DNA of 34,637 bases from Nitrospinota bacterium (GTDB taxonomy: Bacteria > Nitrospinota > Nitrospinia > Nitrospinales > VA-1), in the NCBI GenBank assembly GCA_036339675.1, contig JAYZAN010000084.1, positions 1 through 34,637 on the forward strand, given 5' to 3'. A program made the position numbers and the translations under genes. This document shows, in pieces, positions 6,902-19,453 of the stretch. The notes beneath the pieces were generated by a model. The model was not told where the DNA came from. It searched no databases and saw only the letters and a program-made list of their open reading frames with translations. Every line of letters begins with the position of its first letter. The stretch's first letter is position 1.

Positions 6902-7726
6902 TCAGGTCGGACGCGACCGGTCCTTCGGATCGAGGATGTCACGCAATCCTTCTCCAAGGAAATTAAATGCCAGTATGGTCAAAAAAATCGCCATCGACGG
7001 AAACAGGATCAGGTGCGGATAAAACTTAATCGCTTTCCAGCCGTCGTTGGCTAGAGTGCCCCAGCTGCTGAACGGAGGCGAGATGCCCAGCCCGATGAAA
7101 CTCAAGGTCGATTCGGCGAGGATGGCAACGGGAATGCGAAAACTGAGTGTCACCACCAGGAGCCCAGTTATGTTGGGCAGGATCTCGCGCAGGAGTATCC
7201 GTATATGTCCCGCGCCCTGCGCCCGGGCCGCTTCCACATAGGTGTACTCTTTGATGCGCAGGACTTCCCCGCGCACTAGCCGGGCCACCGTCACCCAACT
7301 CACGAGAGTCAGGGCGATGAAGATGCCCATCACCCCCCGTCCCATCACCACGGTGATGAGGATGATCATCAGAAGATCGGGAAGCGCAAAAACCACATCG
7401 ACAATACGCATGAGAAAGTTATCGGTCCGTCCGCCTACATAACCGGAAATGGCGCCGTACACCATCCCTATGATCAGGGCTACAAGCGTGGTCGCAACAC
7501 CGATGAACAGCGACACCCGCGCGCCGTATATCAGGCGGGAAAAAAGATCGCGTCCCAGACGGTCCGTGCCCATCCAGTGTTTCCAGTTAGGAGCCGCAAG
7601 GAGACTCGCCGCGTCCTGCGTTTCGTAGGAATACGGCGCCGCCCATGGCGCAAAGACCGCCACCGATATAACTGTGATCAAGAATCCAGCGCTTAATTGA
7701 CTCGATAATGAAAATTTGAAATTCAT
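6902..7726 (-). CDS. ABC transporter permease, OppC/DppC family (peptide or nickel type).
   Basis: 274 aa, six TM segments. EAA loop YVEAARAQGAGHIRILLREILPN. The N-terminal region is typical of OppC. Confidence 0.85.
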   Translation of the reverse strand: MNFKFSLSSQLSAGFLITVISVAVFAPWAAPYSYETQDAASLLAAPNWKHWMGTDRLGRDLFSRLIYGARVSLFIGVATTLVALIIGMVYGAISGYVGGRTDNFLMRIVDVVFALPDLLMIILITVVMGRGVMGIFIALTLVSWVTVARLVRGEVLRIKEYTYVEAARAQGAGHIRILLREILPNITGLLVVTLSFRIPVAILAESTLSFIGLGISPPFSSWGTLANDGWKAIKFYPHLILFPSMAIFLTILAFNFLGEGLRDILDPKDRSRPT

Positions 7727-7738
7727 TACACGTTATTA

Positions 7739-7751
7739 ACCACAGATGAAT
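7739..7751 (-). promoter_or_regulatory. Copy 1 of the repeated motif ATTCATCTGTGGT (minus-strand sense), in the oppC 5' leader.
   Basis: A 13-mer identical to 8759-8771. The extended match continues as N-C-N-GATA. It lies 12 nt upstream of the oppC start. Confidence 0.4.
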
Positions 7752-7818
7752 GCCGATACCCCAAAACCCCTTCTTCCTTGACCGGTCAGGCTTCGCCGCT
7801 AGGCGAGAATTTTGAACT

Positions 7819-8733
7819 TCATATCTTGACCCTTGGGTCAAGATAGGCATAGATCATATCGACAAAAATATTGGCGAGAACGATGAGCACGGCATAGACC
7901 AGGGTGACGCCCATGATCAACGGATAATCCCGGTTGGTCACGGCGGTGATGAAAAATCTTCCCATACCGGGAATGGAGAATATGAACTCGATCACGAACG
8001 ATCCGGTCACCAGTCCGGCGGTCAACGGACCGATCACCGTCACGATTGGGTAGATGGCATTTTTCAACGTGTGTTTGAACAGGACCACCGGTTCGGTCAT
8101 CCCCTTGGCGCGGGCGGTGCGGATGTAATCCGAAGACAACACCTCAAGCACGGAAGAGCGAGTGAGCCTGGCGATGTACCCGGCAAACGGCAACCCTAAA
8201 GCCAGTGATGGAAGGATCACATGCCTCGGTTCTTCCCACAACGCCGGCGGAAACACGTGCCACTTATGTGAAAGTCCCCACACCAGCACCGTCCCCAGCA
8301 CAAAACTGGGAACGGAGATTCCCAAAGTCGCCAGCAGGACGCAGATCCTGTCCAATAGAGAATTCTGCCAATAGGCGGATAAGATACCGGTGGGGATACC
8401 CACCCCGACCACCACGAGCATGGCACAGAGTCCGAGAACCAGAGATACGGGAAACGTGTCTTTTAAAATATCAGCAACGTCGCGTCCGATGTACTTATAG
8501 GACGGGCCGAGCTCGCCCTGCGTGATCTGTTTCAGGAACAGCAGGTACTGGGTGATGAGAGGTTCGTCGAGATGGTATTTCGCTTCGATGTTGGCGATGA
8601 TTTCCGGCGGCAGTTTTTTTTCCGTGTCGAAGGGCCCGCCCGGCACCAGGTGCATGAAAATGAAGGTCAACGTCGCAACCACGATCAGTACCGGCACCCC
8701 ATACAACACCCGTTTGAAAAAATAACGAAACAT
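7819..8733 (-). CDS. ABC transporter permease, OppB/DppB family.
   Basis: 304 aa. N-terminus MFRYFFKRVLYGVPVLIVVATLTF and EAA-like loop YIRTARAKGMTEPVVLFKHTLKNAIYP. Confidence 0.85.
   Translation of the reverse strand: MFRYFFKRVLYGVPVLIVVATLTFIFMHLVPGGPFDTEKKLPPEIIANIEAKYHLDEPLITQYLLFLKQITQGELGPSYKYIGRDVADILKDTFPVSLVLGLCAMLVVVGVGIPTGILSAYWQNSLLDRICVLLATLGISVPSFVLGTVLVWGLSHKWHVFPPALWEEPRHVILPSLALGLPFAGYIARLTRSSVLEVLSSDYIRTARAKGMTEPVVLFKHTLKNAIYPIVTVIGPLTAGLVTGSFVIEFIFSIPGMGRFFITAVTNRDYPLIMGVTLVYAVLIVLANIFVDMIYAYLDPRVKI
7824..7843. promoter_or_regulatory. Perfect inverted repeat TCTTGACCC-TT-GGGTCAAGA (9-bp arms) over the last codons of oppB.
   Basis: Operator-like palindrome located in the final codons of oppB (stop at 7819-7821), immediately upstream of the 92-bp oppB-oppC spacer. 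Confidence 0.35.
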
Positions 8734-8758
8734 GAAAATATCCTAACACATAGGGGGG

Positions 8759-8771
8759 ACCACAGATGAAT
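8759..8771 (-). promoter_or_regulatory. Copy 2 of the motif ATTCATCTGTGGT, in the oppB 5' leader.
   Basis: Identical 13-mer, 25 nt upstream of the oppB start codon (8733). Confidence 0.4.
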
Positions 8772-8920
8772 TCTGATAAACAAAATATCCCTCTCCTCCT
8801 ACTAGCTCCATAGCATTCTCTTTTCTCCCTCTTATTCATTAAGGATTTATAGGTGTCACCCTCATCCCCGCCTTCTCCCATCAAGGAAGAAGGGATATTT
8901 GTTTTTAGGTGTTTATCTGT

Positions 8921-8932
8921 GTTCATCGGTGG
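8921..8932 (+). promoter_or_regulatory. Copy 3 of the motif (TTCATCGGTGGT, 11/12 identical), in inverted orientation upstream of the UbiD-family gene.
   Basis: Plus-strand TTCATCgGTGGT preceded by ATCTGTG, about 100 nt upstream of the ATG at 9033. Together with copies 1 and 2 it brackets the divergent intergenic region. Confidence 0.35.
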
Positions 8933-9032
8933 TTTCCCTAATTTTTTCCACTCTTCTATCCCGTCTAGGTATAATAGGCGGTTGGTTTTTTATTTTTCTT
9001 CTCCTCGGACGTTGTCCGCCGTTTGACCGCCC

Positions 9033-10859
9033 ATGATCTACGATTCCCTCAGAGAATTCATCGAACGCCTCGAAATGGACAAGGAACTCATCCGCGTCAC
9101 CGAACCGGTCTCCCCCATCCTGGAAATCGCCGATATCACCGACCGGGTCTCCAAACTCGACGGCGGCGGCAAAGCATTACTTTTTGAAAATGTCGAGGGC
9201 AGTTCCATTCCCGTGCTCATCAACGCCTTCGGCAGCACAAAAAGAATGAACGCCGCCCTCGGCGTCCACGACGTCGAACAGATCGCACAGGACATCGAAA
9301 AATATCTTCATGTCGCTCCCCCTTCATCTTTGATGGATAAGGTGAAACTGCTTCCCATGCTGCTGGAAGCGGCGCATTTCCCGCCGAAGCTGGTCAACGC
9401 GTCAAACGCCCTCTGCCAGGAGGTGGTGCACACGGGAGACGATGTCGATCTCGGGATGATCCCCATTATCCAGTGCTGGCCGCAGGATGCCGGACGCTTC
9501 ATCACCTTTCCCATCGTCATCAACCGGAGCGCCGACCGTAAGTTGAGGAACGTCGGGCTCTACCGCATGCAGGTGTTCGACAAAAAAACCACGGCGATGC
9601 ACTGGCACATACACAAGGACGGGGCGCATTTTTTCCACGATTACAGAAAACAGAACAAGGTGATGGAAGTCGCCGTCGCCATCGGCGCCGACCCCACGGT
9701 CTGCTACGCCGCGTCCGCCCCCCTGCCCTACGGCATCGACGAATTTCTACTGGCAGGGTTCATCAGGAAATCCGCCGTGCCTCTCGTCAAATGCAAGACG
9801 GTGGACCTGGAAGTGCCAGCCACCTCCGAGATCGTGCTGGAAGGGTTCATCGATCCGGCCGAGATGCGCCTGGAAGGTCCGTTCGGCGACCATACGGGTT
9901 ATTACTCGCAGGACGGGGACTACCCGGTGCTTCATCTCACCGCCATCACACACCGCAGGAACCCGGTCTACCTGACCACCATCGTCGGCATCCCGCCGCA
10001 GGAGGATTTCTACCTGGGCCAGGCCACTGAGCGGATTTTTCTGCCGCTGATGCGCACGCAGCTTCCGGAGATCGTCGACATGGACATGCCGGTCGAGGGG
10101 GTGTTCCACAACTGTGTGATCATCTCAATCGACAAGCGTTTTCCCATGCAGGCCCGGCGGCTGATGAACGCCTTATGGGGAATGGGGCAGATGAGTTTCG
10201 TCAAAACCATCATGGTGGTCGACCATGATATCGATGTGCACAACCACGAGCATGTGATGCGTCTTCTTCTCAACCGGGTGGACCTGTTGCGTGATTTGTT
10301 TTTTTCAGAAGGCATCCTCGATGTGCTCAACCACGCATCGGATCAGAAACTGTACGGCTCCAAGGTCGGCATCGACGCCACCGGGAAGATCGAAGGTGAA
10401 CCCGGTTTTGGAGAACATCCGCCGGAGGAACATAGCCGCACCCTGTCGCCCGATCCGGAATCGGTCATCCAGACCTTCAAGGAGGTCAAGGACTGCCGCG
10501 TCTTCGAGATGAATGTGAGGAATCCCGTTCTCTTCGTCGCTTTGGACAAGACCGGACCGCACCAGAGCCGGGAATTCATCAAGGCGTTTTTCGAGCATGA
10601 GGAATATTCGGCGATTCATATCCTGATCGTGCTCGAGGGTCATGTGGATGTGGCCGATACATCCCAGGTCATGTGGAAATTTTTCAACAACCTTGATCCG
10701 CGCAGGGATATTCATATTTTCGGAAAACGCCTAGGCATCGACGTCACCCGGAAATACAGGGGGGAAGGCTATGAGCAGGACTGGCCGGACGAAATCGTCA
10801 TGACGAAAGAGATACGCGACAAGGTCGACGAAAAATGGGATTCCCTGTTCAAAAATTAG
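9033..10859 (+). CDS. UbiD-family (prenylated-FMN-dependent) aromatic acid decarboxylase, e.g. a quinone-biosynthesis decarboxylase.
   Basis: 608 aa. The N-terminus MIYDSLREFIERLE...LIRV and a conserved core (GRF..FP, HW.IHKDG, DEF.LAG, GPFGDHTGYY) are typical of UbiD/Fdc1. Confidence 0.85.
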   Translation: MIYDSLREFIERLEMDKELIRVTEPVSPILEIADITDRVSKLDGGGKALLFENVEGSSIPVLINAFGSTKRMNAALGVHDVEQIAQDIEKYLHVAPPSSLMDKVKLLPMLLEAAHFPPKLVNASNALCQEVVHTGDDVDLGMIPIIQCWPQDAGRFITFPIVINRSADRKLRNVGLYRMQVFDKKTTAMHWHIHKDGAHFFHDYRKQNKVMEVAVAIGADPTVCYAASAPLPYGIDEFLLAGFIRKSAVPLVKCKTVDLEVPATSEIVLEGFIDPAEMRLEGPFGDHTGYYSQDGDYPVLHLTAITHRRNPVYLTTIVGIPPQEDFYLGQATERIFLPLMRTQLPEIVDMDMPVEGVFHNCVIISIDKRFPMQARRLMNALWGMGQMSFVKTIMVVDHDIDVHNHEHVMRLLLNRVDLLRDLFFSEGILDVLNHASDQKLYGSKVGIDATGKIEGEPGFGEHPPEEHSRTLSPDPESVIQTFKEVKDCRVFEMNVRNPVLFVALDKTGPHQSREFIKAFFEHEEYSAIHILIVLEGHVDVADTSQVMWKFFNNLDPRRDIHIFGKRLGIDVTRKYRGEGYEQDWPDEIVMTKEIRDKVDEKWDSLFKN

Positions 10860-10893
10860 GAAGACTATAATTATTTTGTCAACGGCTCCTGAT

Positions 10894-10910
10894 CCGGGCC
10901 ACGCCCGGGG
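10894..10910. repeat. GC-rich hairpin CCGGGC-CAC-GCCCGG (followed by GG). The 15-mer GGGCCACGCCCGGGG recurs as a reverse complement at 29626-29640.
   Basis: 6-bp perfect stem with a CAC loop, 35 nt downstream of the UbiD-family stop. Exact 15-nt reverse-complement match at the second site. Confidence 0.4.
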
Positions 10911-10965
10911 AAAATGTCTTCCCCCTTCCTTGAAGGGATCTGGGGAAATTTCAACTTTGGACCTT

Positions 10966-10983
10966 GAACGTGGAACTTCGAAC
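10966..10983 (+). promoter_or_regulatory. Triple direct repeat GAAC-N3-GAAC-N3-GAAC immediately upstream of uvrA. Candidate SOS (LexA-like) operator.
   Basis: GAACgtgGAACttcGAAC ends 16 nt before the uvrA ATG at 10999. uvrA is a canonical SOS-regulon gene, and some LexA boxes are GAAC direct repeats. Confidence 0.3.
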
Positions 10984-10998
10984 TTGTTTTTTTAAAAA

Positions 10999-13821
<2,823 letters not shown>

Positions 13822-13880
13822 AATTACAAAACAGTTGTCTTTAGACTAAATTTAGATCAACCTTTGTCCGGGGAAAACCC

Positions 13881-14111
13881 ATGAAATTAAGCAAAAATAT
13901 TAAACCCGTCAGCTACTTGAAAGCCCACGCCTCGGAAATCATCCGAGGAATGTCCGATGATAAGGAAACCATTATCATCACGCAAAACGGGGAGGCCAAG
14001 GCCGTTCTTTAAAACATCAGGGACTATGAGCAAACCCAGGAAAGTCTAGCCCTGCTGAAAATCCTGACCCAGAGTAACCAGAGCTTGAAAAAGAAAAAGT
14101 CAAAGGCCTGA
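13881..14111 (+). pseudogene. Phd/YefM-family type II antitoxin interrupted by an in-frame TAA at 14010-14012 (43 codons, stop, then 32 further in-frame codons).
   Basis: Hand translation gives MKLSKNIKPVSYLKAHASEIIRGMSDDKETIIITQNGEAKAVL * NIRDYEQTQESLALLKILTQSNQSLKKKKSKA. This aligns with YefM ...PVAVLMSVEEYESLQETLYLL, and the stop falls at the M/S position. Neither piece reaches the 60-aa ORF-track cutoff. Confidence 0.6.
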
Positions 14112-14160
14112 AAACCGCTTTTCGGGACATCCGGAGAAAGATCAAAACACATGAGAAGCC

Positions 14161-14484
14161 ATGATGTTCCGCGTGAATCTTATAGAGGATGCCGAGGAAG
14201 ATTTGCTGGATATTTACCGATACGTCGCCCTCGCTGATTCACCCCAAAAGGCCGAAAAGCTGTTAACCCGCCTTGATGAAACCTGCCTAAAGTTGGAAAA
14301 CTTTCCTAACAAGGGACATGTCCCGCCGGAACTTAAGCGCATTGATGTTTATGATTACCGGGAAGTGCTCTGCCATTCTTACAAAATTATTTATCATATT
14401 TTCGATCGAGACTTTTATATCCACTGTGTTCTGGATGGGCGACGGGATTTGCAGGATCTTCTACAACGGAGATTGGTCCGGTAA
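14161..14484 (+). CDS. ParE/RelE-family type II toxin.
   Basis: 107 aa with the ParE pattern: FRVNL..AEEDLLDIYRYVA...SPQ.A..L...L...C..L..FP.KG...ELK......YRE.....YKIIYHI.D..FYIHCVL.GRRD. It lies 50 nt downstream of the antitoxin ORF. Confidence 0.75.
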   Translation: MMFRVNLIEDAEEDLLDIYRYVALADSPQKAEKLLTRLDETCLKLENFPNKGHVPPELKRIDVYDYREVLCHSYKIIYHIFDRDFYIHCVLDGRRDLQDLLQRRLVR

Positions 14485-14537
14485 GGGGATTAATTTGAAA
14501 TAAACGTATATACGGAGGAGCCTGGGAAGGTAAAATT

Positions 14538-14945
14538 TTACTCGCCCTCGGCGCCTTCCAGGCGGGCCACGGCGCGGAAGAGTTTTTTCTGGGCTTTTGC
14601 GAATTCTTCGTCGGTGAGGTTGGCGTTGGCCAGCATTTCCTCTGCCTTGCCGCGGGCGGCTTCGGCACGGGTCCGGTCGATCTCGTCAAGAAACTCTGCG
14701 GTCTCGGCCAGGACGATCACCCGGTTGTCCGTCACTTCCAGGTATCCCCCGCTCACTACCAGGAAAATGGTTTCGGTATCTTGCTGGTAGGAAACCTTCC
14801 CGGGACGCAGGGTGGTCAGGATGGGCGCGTGGTCATACAGGATGCCCATGTCCCCTTCCACACCGGGTACGTTGACCTGGTCCACCTCTTCGGTGACCAC
14901 CATTTTTTCGGGCGTGACGATGGTGAGTTGAAGGTTATCGGCCAT
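14538..14945 (-). CDS. atpC: F1Fo ATP synthase epsilon subunit.
   Basis: 135 aa with the typical N-terminal beta-sandwich and C-terminal helices. Last gene of the atp operon. Confidence 0.9.
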   Translation of the reverse strand: MADNLQLTIVTPEKMVVTEEVDQVNVPGVEGDMGILYDHAPILTTLRPGKVSYQQDTETIFLVVSGGYLEVTDNRVIVLAETAEFLDEIDRTRAEAARGKAEEMLANANLTDEEFAKAQKKLFRAVARLEGAEGE

Positions 14946-14950
14946 AAGGC

Positions 14951-16384
<1,434 letters not shown>

Positions 16385-17257
16385 TCATCCCTTGAGCGCC
16401 TCGGCCCCGTTGACGATTTCAATCAATTCCTTGGTGATATGAGCCTGTCTGGCTTTGTTGTAGGTCAATGTCAGAGCTCCGATCATCTCGCCCGCGTTGC
16501 GGGTCGCGGCATCCATGGCCGTCATCCTGGCACCGTGCTCACTGGCGCTCGACTCCAGAAAAGCCCGGAAAACTTCCACGGTCATGTACCGCTTAAGAAG
16601 TACGTCCAGAATCGATTCTTCATCCGGCTCGTAGATATAATCCACGATCTGTTCATCTTTGCCCTTGCCGTTTTCCAGCTTTTCGGGCACCACCGGCAAT
16701 AACTGCTCCATCACGACTTCCTGCTGCATGACCGACTTGAACTCGTTGTAAACCATGTACACCTTGTCGACTTCTTTTTGAACGAACAGTTCGGACAGAA
16801 TATTCCCGATTTCGGTCGCTTTCAGGTAATCAAACTCGCGGGTCCAGCCCGTGTAGTCGTGCAGGATCTTGTGGGGCTTGTTCTTAAAAAAAACGTTTCC
16901 TTTTTTTCCCGCGGTGATCAGGCTGATAACCAGATCGGGGTTCACTTCCAGCGTCTGGTGAGCCCGGCGCAGGATATTCGTATTGAAGCTCCCGCACAAT
17001 CCCCGGTCCGAGGTAATGACCAGCAGAAGAACTTTCTTCCCTTCCCGGTCGTCCAGAAGAGGATGCAGGTCGTGGTTGCACCTTGCCGCCAAATGATTCA
17101 GGACTTCCATCATCTTCACCGCATAGGGCCTTGCCTGCACGATCGCCGTCTGGGCTTTGCGCAGTTTGGAGGCCGACACCAGCTTCATCGCCTTGGTGAT
17201 CTGCTGGGTGTTCTTGACACTCCTGATCCTTCGTTTAATGTCTCTCAGGTTCGGCAT
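16385..17257 (-). CDS. atpG: F1Fo ATP synthase gamma subunit.
   Basis: 290 aa. N-terminal IKRRIRSVKNTQQITKAMKLVSASKLRKAQ and the conserved C-terminal helix ITKELIEIV.GAEAL. Confidence 0.9.
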   Translation of the reverse strand: MPNLRDIKRRIRSVKNTQQITKAMKLVSASKLRKAQTAIVQARPYAVKMMEVLNHLAARCNHDLHPLLDDREGKKVLLLVITSDRGLCGSFNTNILRRAHQTLEVNPDLVISLITAGKKGNVFFKNKPHKILHDYTGWTREFDYLKATEIGNILSELFVQKEVDKVYMVYNEFKSVMQQEVVMEQLLPVVPEKLENGKGKDEQIVDYIYEPDEESILDVLLKRYMTVEVFRAFLESSASEHGARMTAMDAATRNAGEMIGALTLTYNKARQAHITKELIEIVNGAEALKG

Positions 17258-17263
17258 AAACGG

Positions 17264-18769
17264 TTACTTGAACAATCCTTTATATTCCAGAACGGCACCC
17301 TTCAATTTTCCTTCCATCTCATCATCGAGTTTCTTGGTCCTTTCTATAGTGTCGACGATGTCCTTGTGTTTATCTTCCATGAAGCTCAAGAGGCCCGACT
17401 CGAACTTTTTAATTTCGCCCACATCGATATCGTCGATCAACCCGCGGACCCCGGCGAAAATAGAAACGACCTGCTGGGTGGCGGAAAGAGGTTTATACTG
17501 GTCCTGTTTGAGAATTTCCACGAGCCGTTCGCCCCGCGCCAGCTGCGCCTGGGTCGCCGCGTCAAGATCGCTTCCGAACTGGGCGAAGGCGGCCATTTCC
17601 CGGTACTGGGCGAGATCGAGGCGCAACTGTCCAGCCACCTGTTTCATGGCCTTGATCTGGGCCGCGCCGCCGACCCTGGATACGGACAGACCGACGTTGA
17701 TCGCCGGGCGGACTCCGGAATAAAACAGGTCCGACTCCAGATAGATCTGCCCGTCGGTGATCGAGATCACGTTGGTCGGGATGTATGCGGAAACGTCGCC
17801 CGCCTGGGTTTCGATGATCGGCAACGCGGTCAGAGACCCCGCTCCCAGGTCGTCGCTTACTTTAGCGGCCCGCTCCAGAAGGCGGGAGTGCAGAAAGAAA
17901 ACGTCCCCGGGATAGGCTTCGCGTCCCGGAGGCCTTCTCAGCAACAGTGACAACTGCCTGTACGCCGCCGCCTGTTTGGTGAGATCGTCATAGATGATCA
18001 GGCAGTGCTGGCCGCTGTCGCGGAAATATTCACCCATCGCGCATCCCGCATAGGGGGCGATAAACTGCGCGGGGGCGGGTTCACTGGCAGAGGCCGAAAC
18101 AACAATGGTGTATTTCATGGCGTCATGCTCCTCCAGGACCTTGACCACCCGCGCCACCGTCGAACGTTTTTGCCCGACCGCGACATAAATGCAGAACATG
18201 TTCTGCCCTTTCTGATTGATGATCGTATCGATGGCAACGGCGGTCTTTCCCGTCTGACGGTCGCCGATGATCAATTCCCGCTGGCCCCGACCGATGGGAA
18301 TCATTCCGTCGATGGCTTTGATGCCGGTCTGCATGGGTTCATGGACCGATTTCCGGTCGATCACGCCGGGTGCTATATTTTCGATAGGGCCGAACTTTTC
18401 AGTTTTTACAGGCCCTTTTCCATCAATAGACTGACCCAGGGCATTGACCACCCTCCCCACCAGTTCGGGGCCGATCGGTACTTCCATGATGCGTCCGGTG
18501 CGCTTGACTTCGTCGCCTTCCTTGATCTTATCGTCAAAACCGAGCAAAACCGCGCCTACATTGTCTTCCTCCAGGTTCAACACCATTCCCACAAGATCAC
18601 CGGGAAATTCCAGAAGCTCACCGGACATGGCTTTTTCCAGCCCGAATATCCGGGCGATTCCATCCCCCACGGAAATCACCCGCCCGGTTTCCTTGAGCTC
18701 GATCCCTTCGTCAAATCCCTGGATTTGTTTTTGAATTAGGGAACTTATTTCATCGGCTCGCAAATTCAC
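17264..18769 (-). CDS. atpA: F1Fo ATP synthase alpha subunit.
   Basis: 501 aa. Walker [20 protein letters not shown]. Canonical alpha-subunit sequence. Confidence 0.95.
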   Translation of the reverse strand: MNLRADEISSLIQKQIQGFDEGIELKETGRVISVGDGIARIFGLEKAMSGELLEFPGDLVGMVLNLEEDNVGAVLLGFDDKIKEGDEVKRTGRIMEVPIGPELVGRVVNALGQSIDGKGPVKTEKFGPIENIAPGVIDRKSVHEPMQTGIKAIDGMIPIGRGQRELIIGDRQTGKTAVAIDTIINQKGQNMFCIYVAVGQKRSTVARVVKVLEEHDAMKYTIVVSASASEPAPAQFIAPYAGCAMGEYFRDSGQHCLIIYDDLTKQAAAYRQLSLLLRRPPGREAYPGDVFFLHSRLLERAAKVSDDLGAGSLTALPIIETQAGDVSAYIPTNVISITDGQIYLESDLFYSGVRPAINVGLSVSRVGGAAQIKAMKQVAGQLRLDLAQYREMAAFAQFGSDLDAATQAQLARGERLVEILKQDQYKPLSATQQVVSIFAGVRGLIDDIDVGEIKKFESGLLSFMEDKHKDIVDTIERTKKLDDEMEGKLKGAVLEYKGLFK

Positions 18770-19321
18770 TTAAGCTACCTCCTCTTTTTCAATAACTCGT
18801 TTCAGAATGGATAGTCTGTTCCTGATGGTGCCGTCGGCGACCTGATCGCCCACCCGGAGCTGAATGCCGCCTATCAGAGACTCGTTCACTTCCACATCCA
18901 GAAGAATGGTTTTCCCGAGGACCCTGTTCAAGGCGGATTTCAAATGATCCGTATTCGCATCCGTCAAAGGAGAAGCGGACTGCACATGGACCCTGACCTG
19001 ATTCAGCCTCCTATCGACAACATCCTCAAAATAGTCTGTGATATTTTTAAGAAACAGGATCTTGTTTCGTGCGGTCAGTATCCGGAGCATATTACGTACG
19101 CCCTGGCCCACCTCCAACCGGTCGCAAAGTTCCTGCACCACCGTGTTCTTTTTTTCAGTTTCGATGGCCGGATGCGCAAAAAAACGGGGCAATTGTTTTT
19201 CGGTTTCAAAAGCCTGGGTGAAGGCTTTCAAATTTTCAAGAGCCGAATTCAATTGCGCCGTTTCGGAAATGCTGTCCGAAAGCGCTTCGGCGTATCGTTT
19301 GCCAACTTGGTTTTCAATCAT
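18770..19321 (-). CDS. atpH: F1Fo ATP synthase delta (OSCP) subunit.
   Basis: 183 aa. N-terminal YAEAL motif (KRYAEALSD) and operon position between atpF and atpA. Confidence 0.85.
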   Translation of the reverse strand: MIENQVGKRYAEALSDSISETAQLNSALENLKAFTQAFETEKQLPRFFAHPAIETEKKNTVVQELCDRLEVGQGVRNMLRILTARNKILFLKNITDYFEDVVDRRLNQVRVHVQSASPLTDANTDHLKSALNRVLGKTILLDVEVNESLIGGIQLRVGDQVADGTIRNRLSILKRVIEKEEVA

Positions 19322-19453
19322 AAGAGAATCTCAAAAAATTGCTCGTAGCCATGAGCTGGCCCTTTATTTAAAAGAGCAAGCGAATTGCGAACCTGTAGAA
19401 TTTCGAATTATCAGAGGTGCCCATAATAATTCAAACGGGGATCAGGAACGGAT

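Noticed and set aside
8495-8926. 143-aa minus-strand ORF spanning the oppB 5' end and the upstream intergenic region
   Set aside because: It is out of frame with oppB over half its length, has no family signal, and starts inside a CT-rich promoter region.
9038-10715. Multiple 70-136-aa ORFs on both strands inside the UbiD-family gene
   Set aside because: They are all internal to a 608-aa ORF with collinear UbiD motifs. Shadow frames.
14518-14545. AT-rich palindrome GTAAAATTTTAC at the atpC stop, in the convergent junction with the TA toxin gene
   Set aside because: It is a short A/T palindrome overlapping the stop codon with no GC stem. It is not convincing as a bidirectional terminator, and no better terminator is evident in the 53-bp gap.
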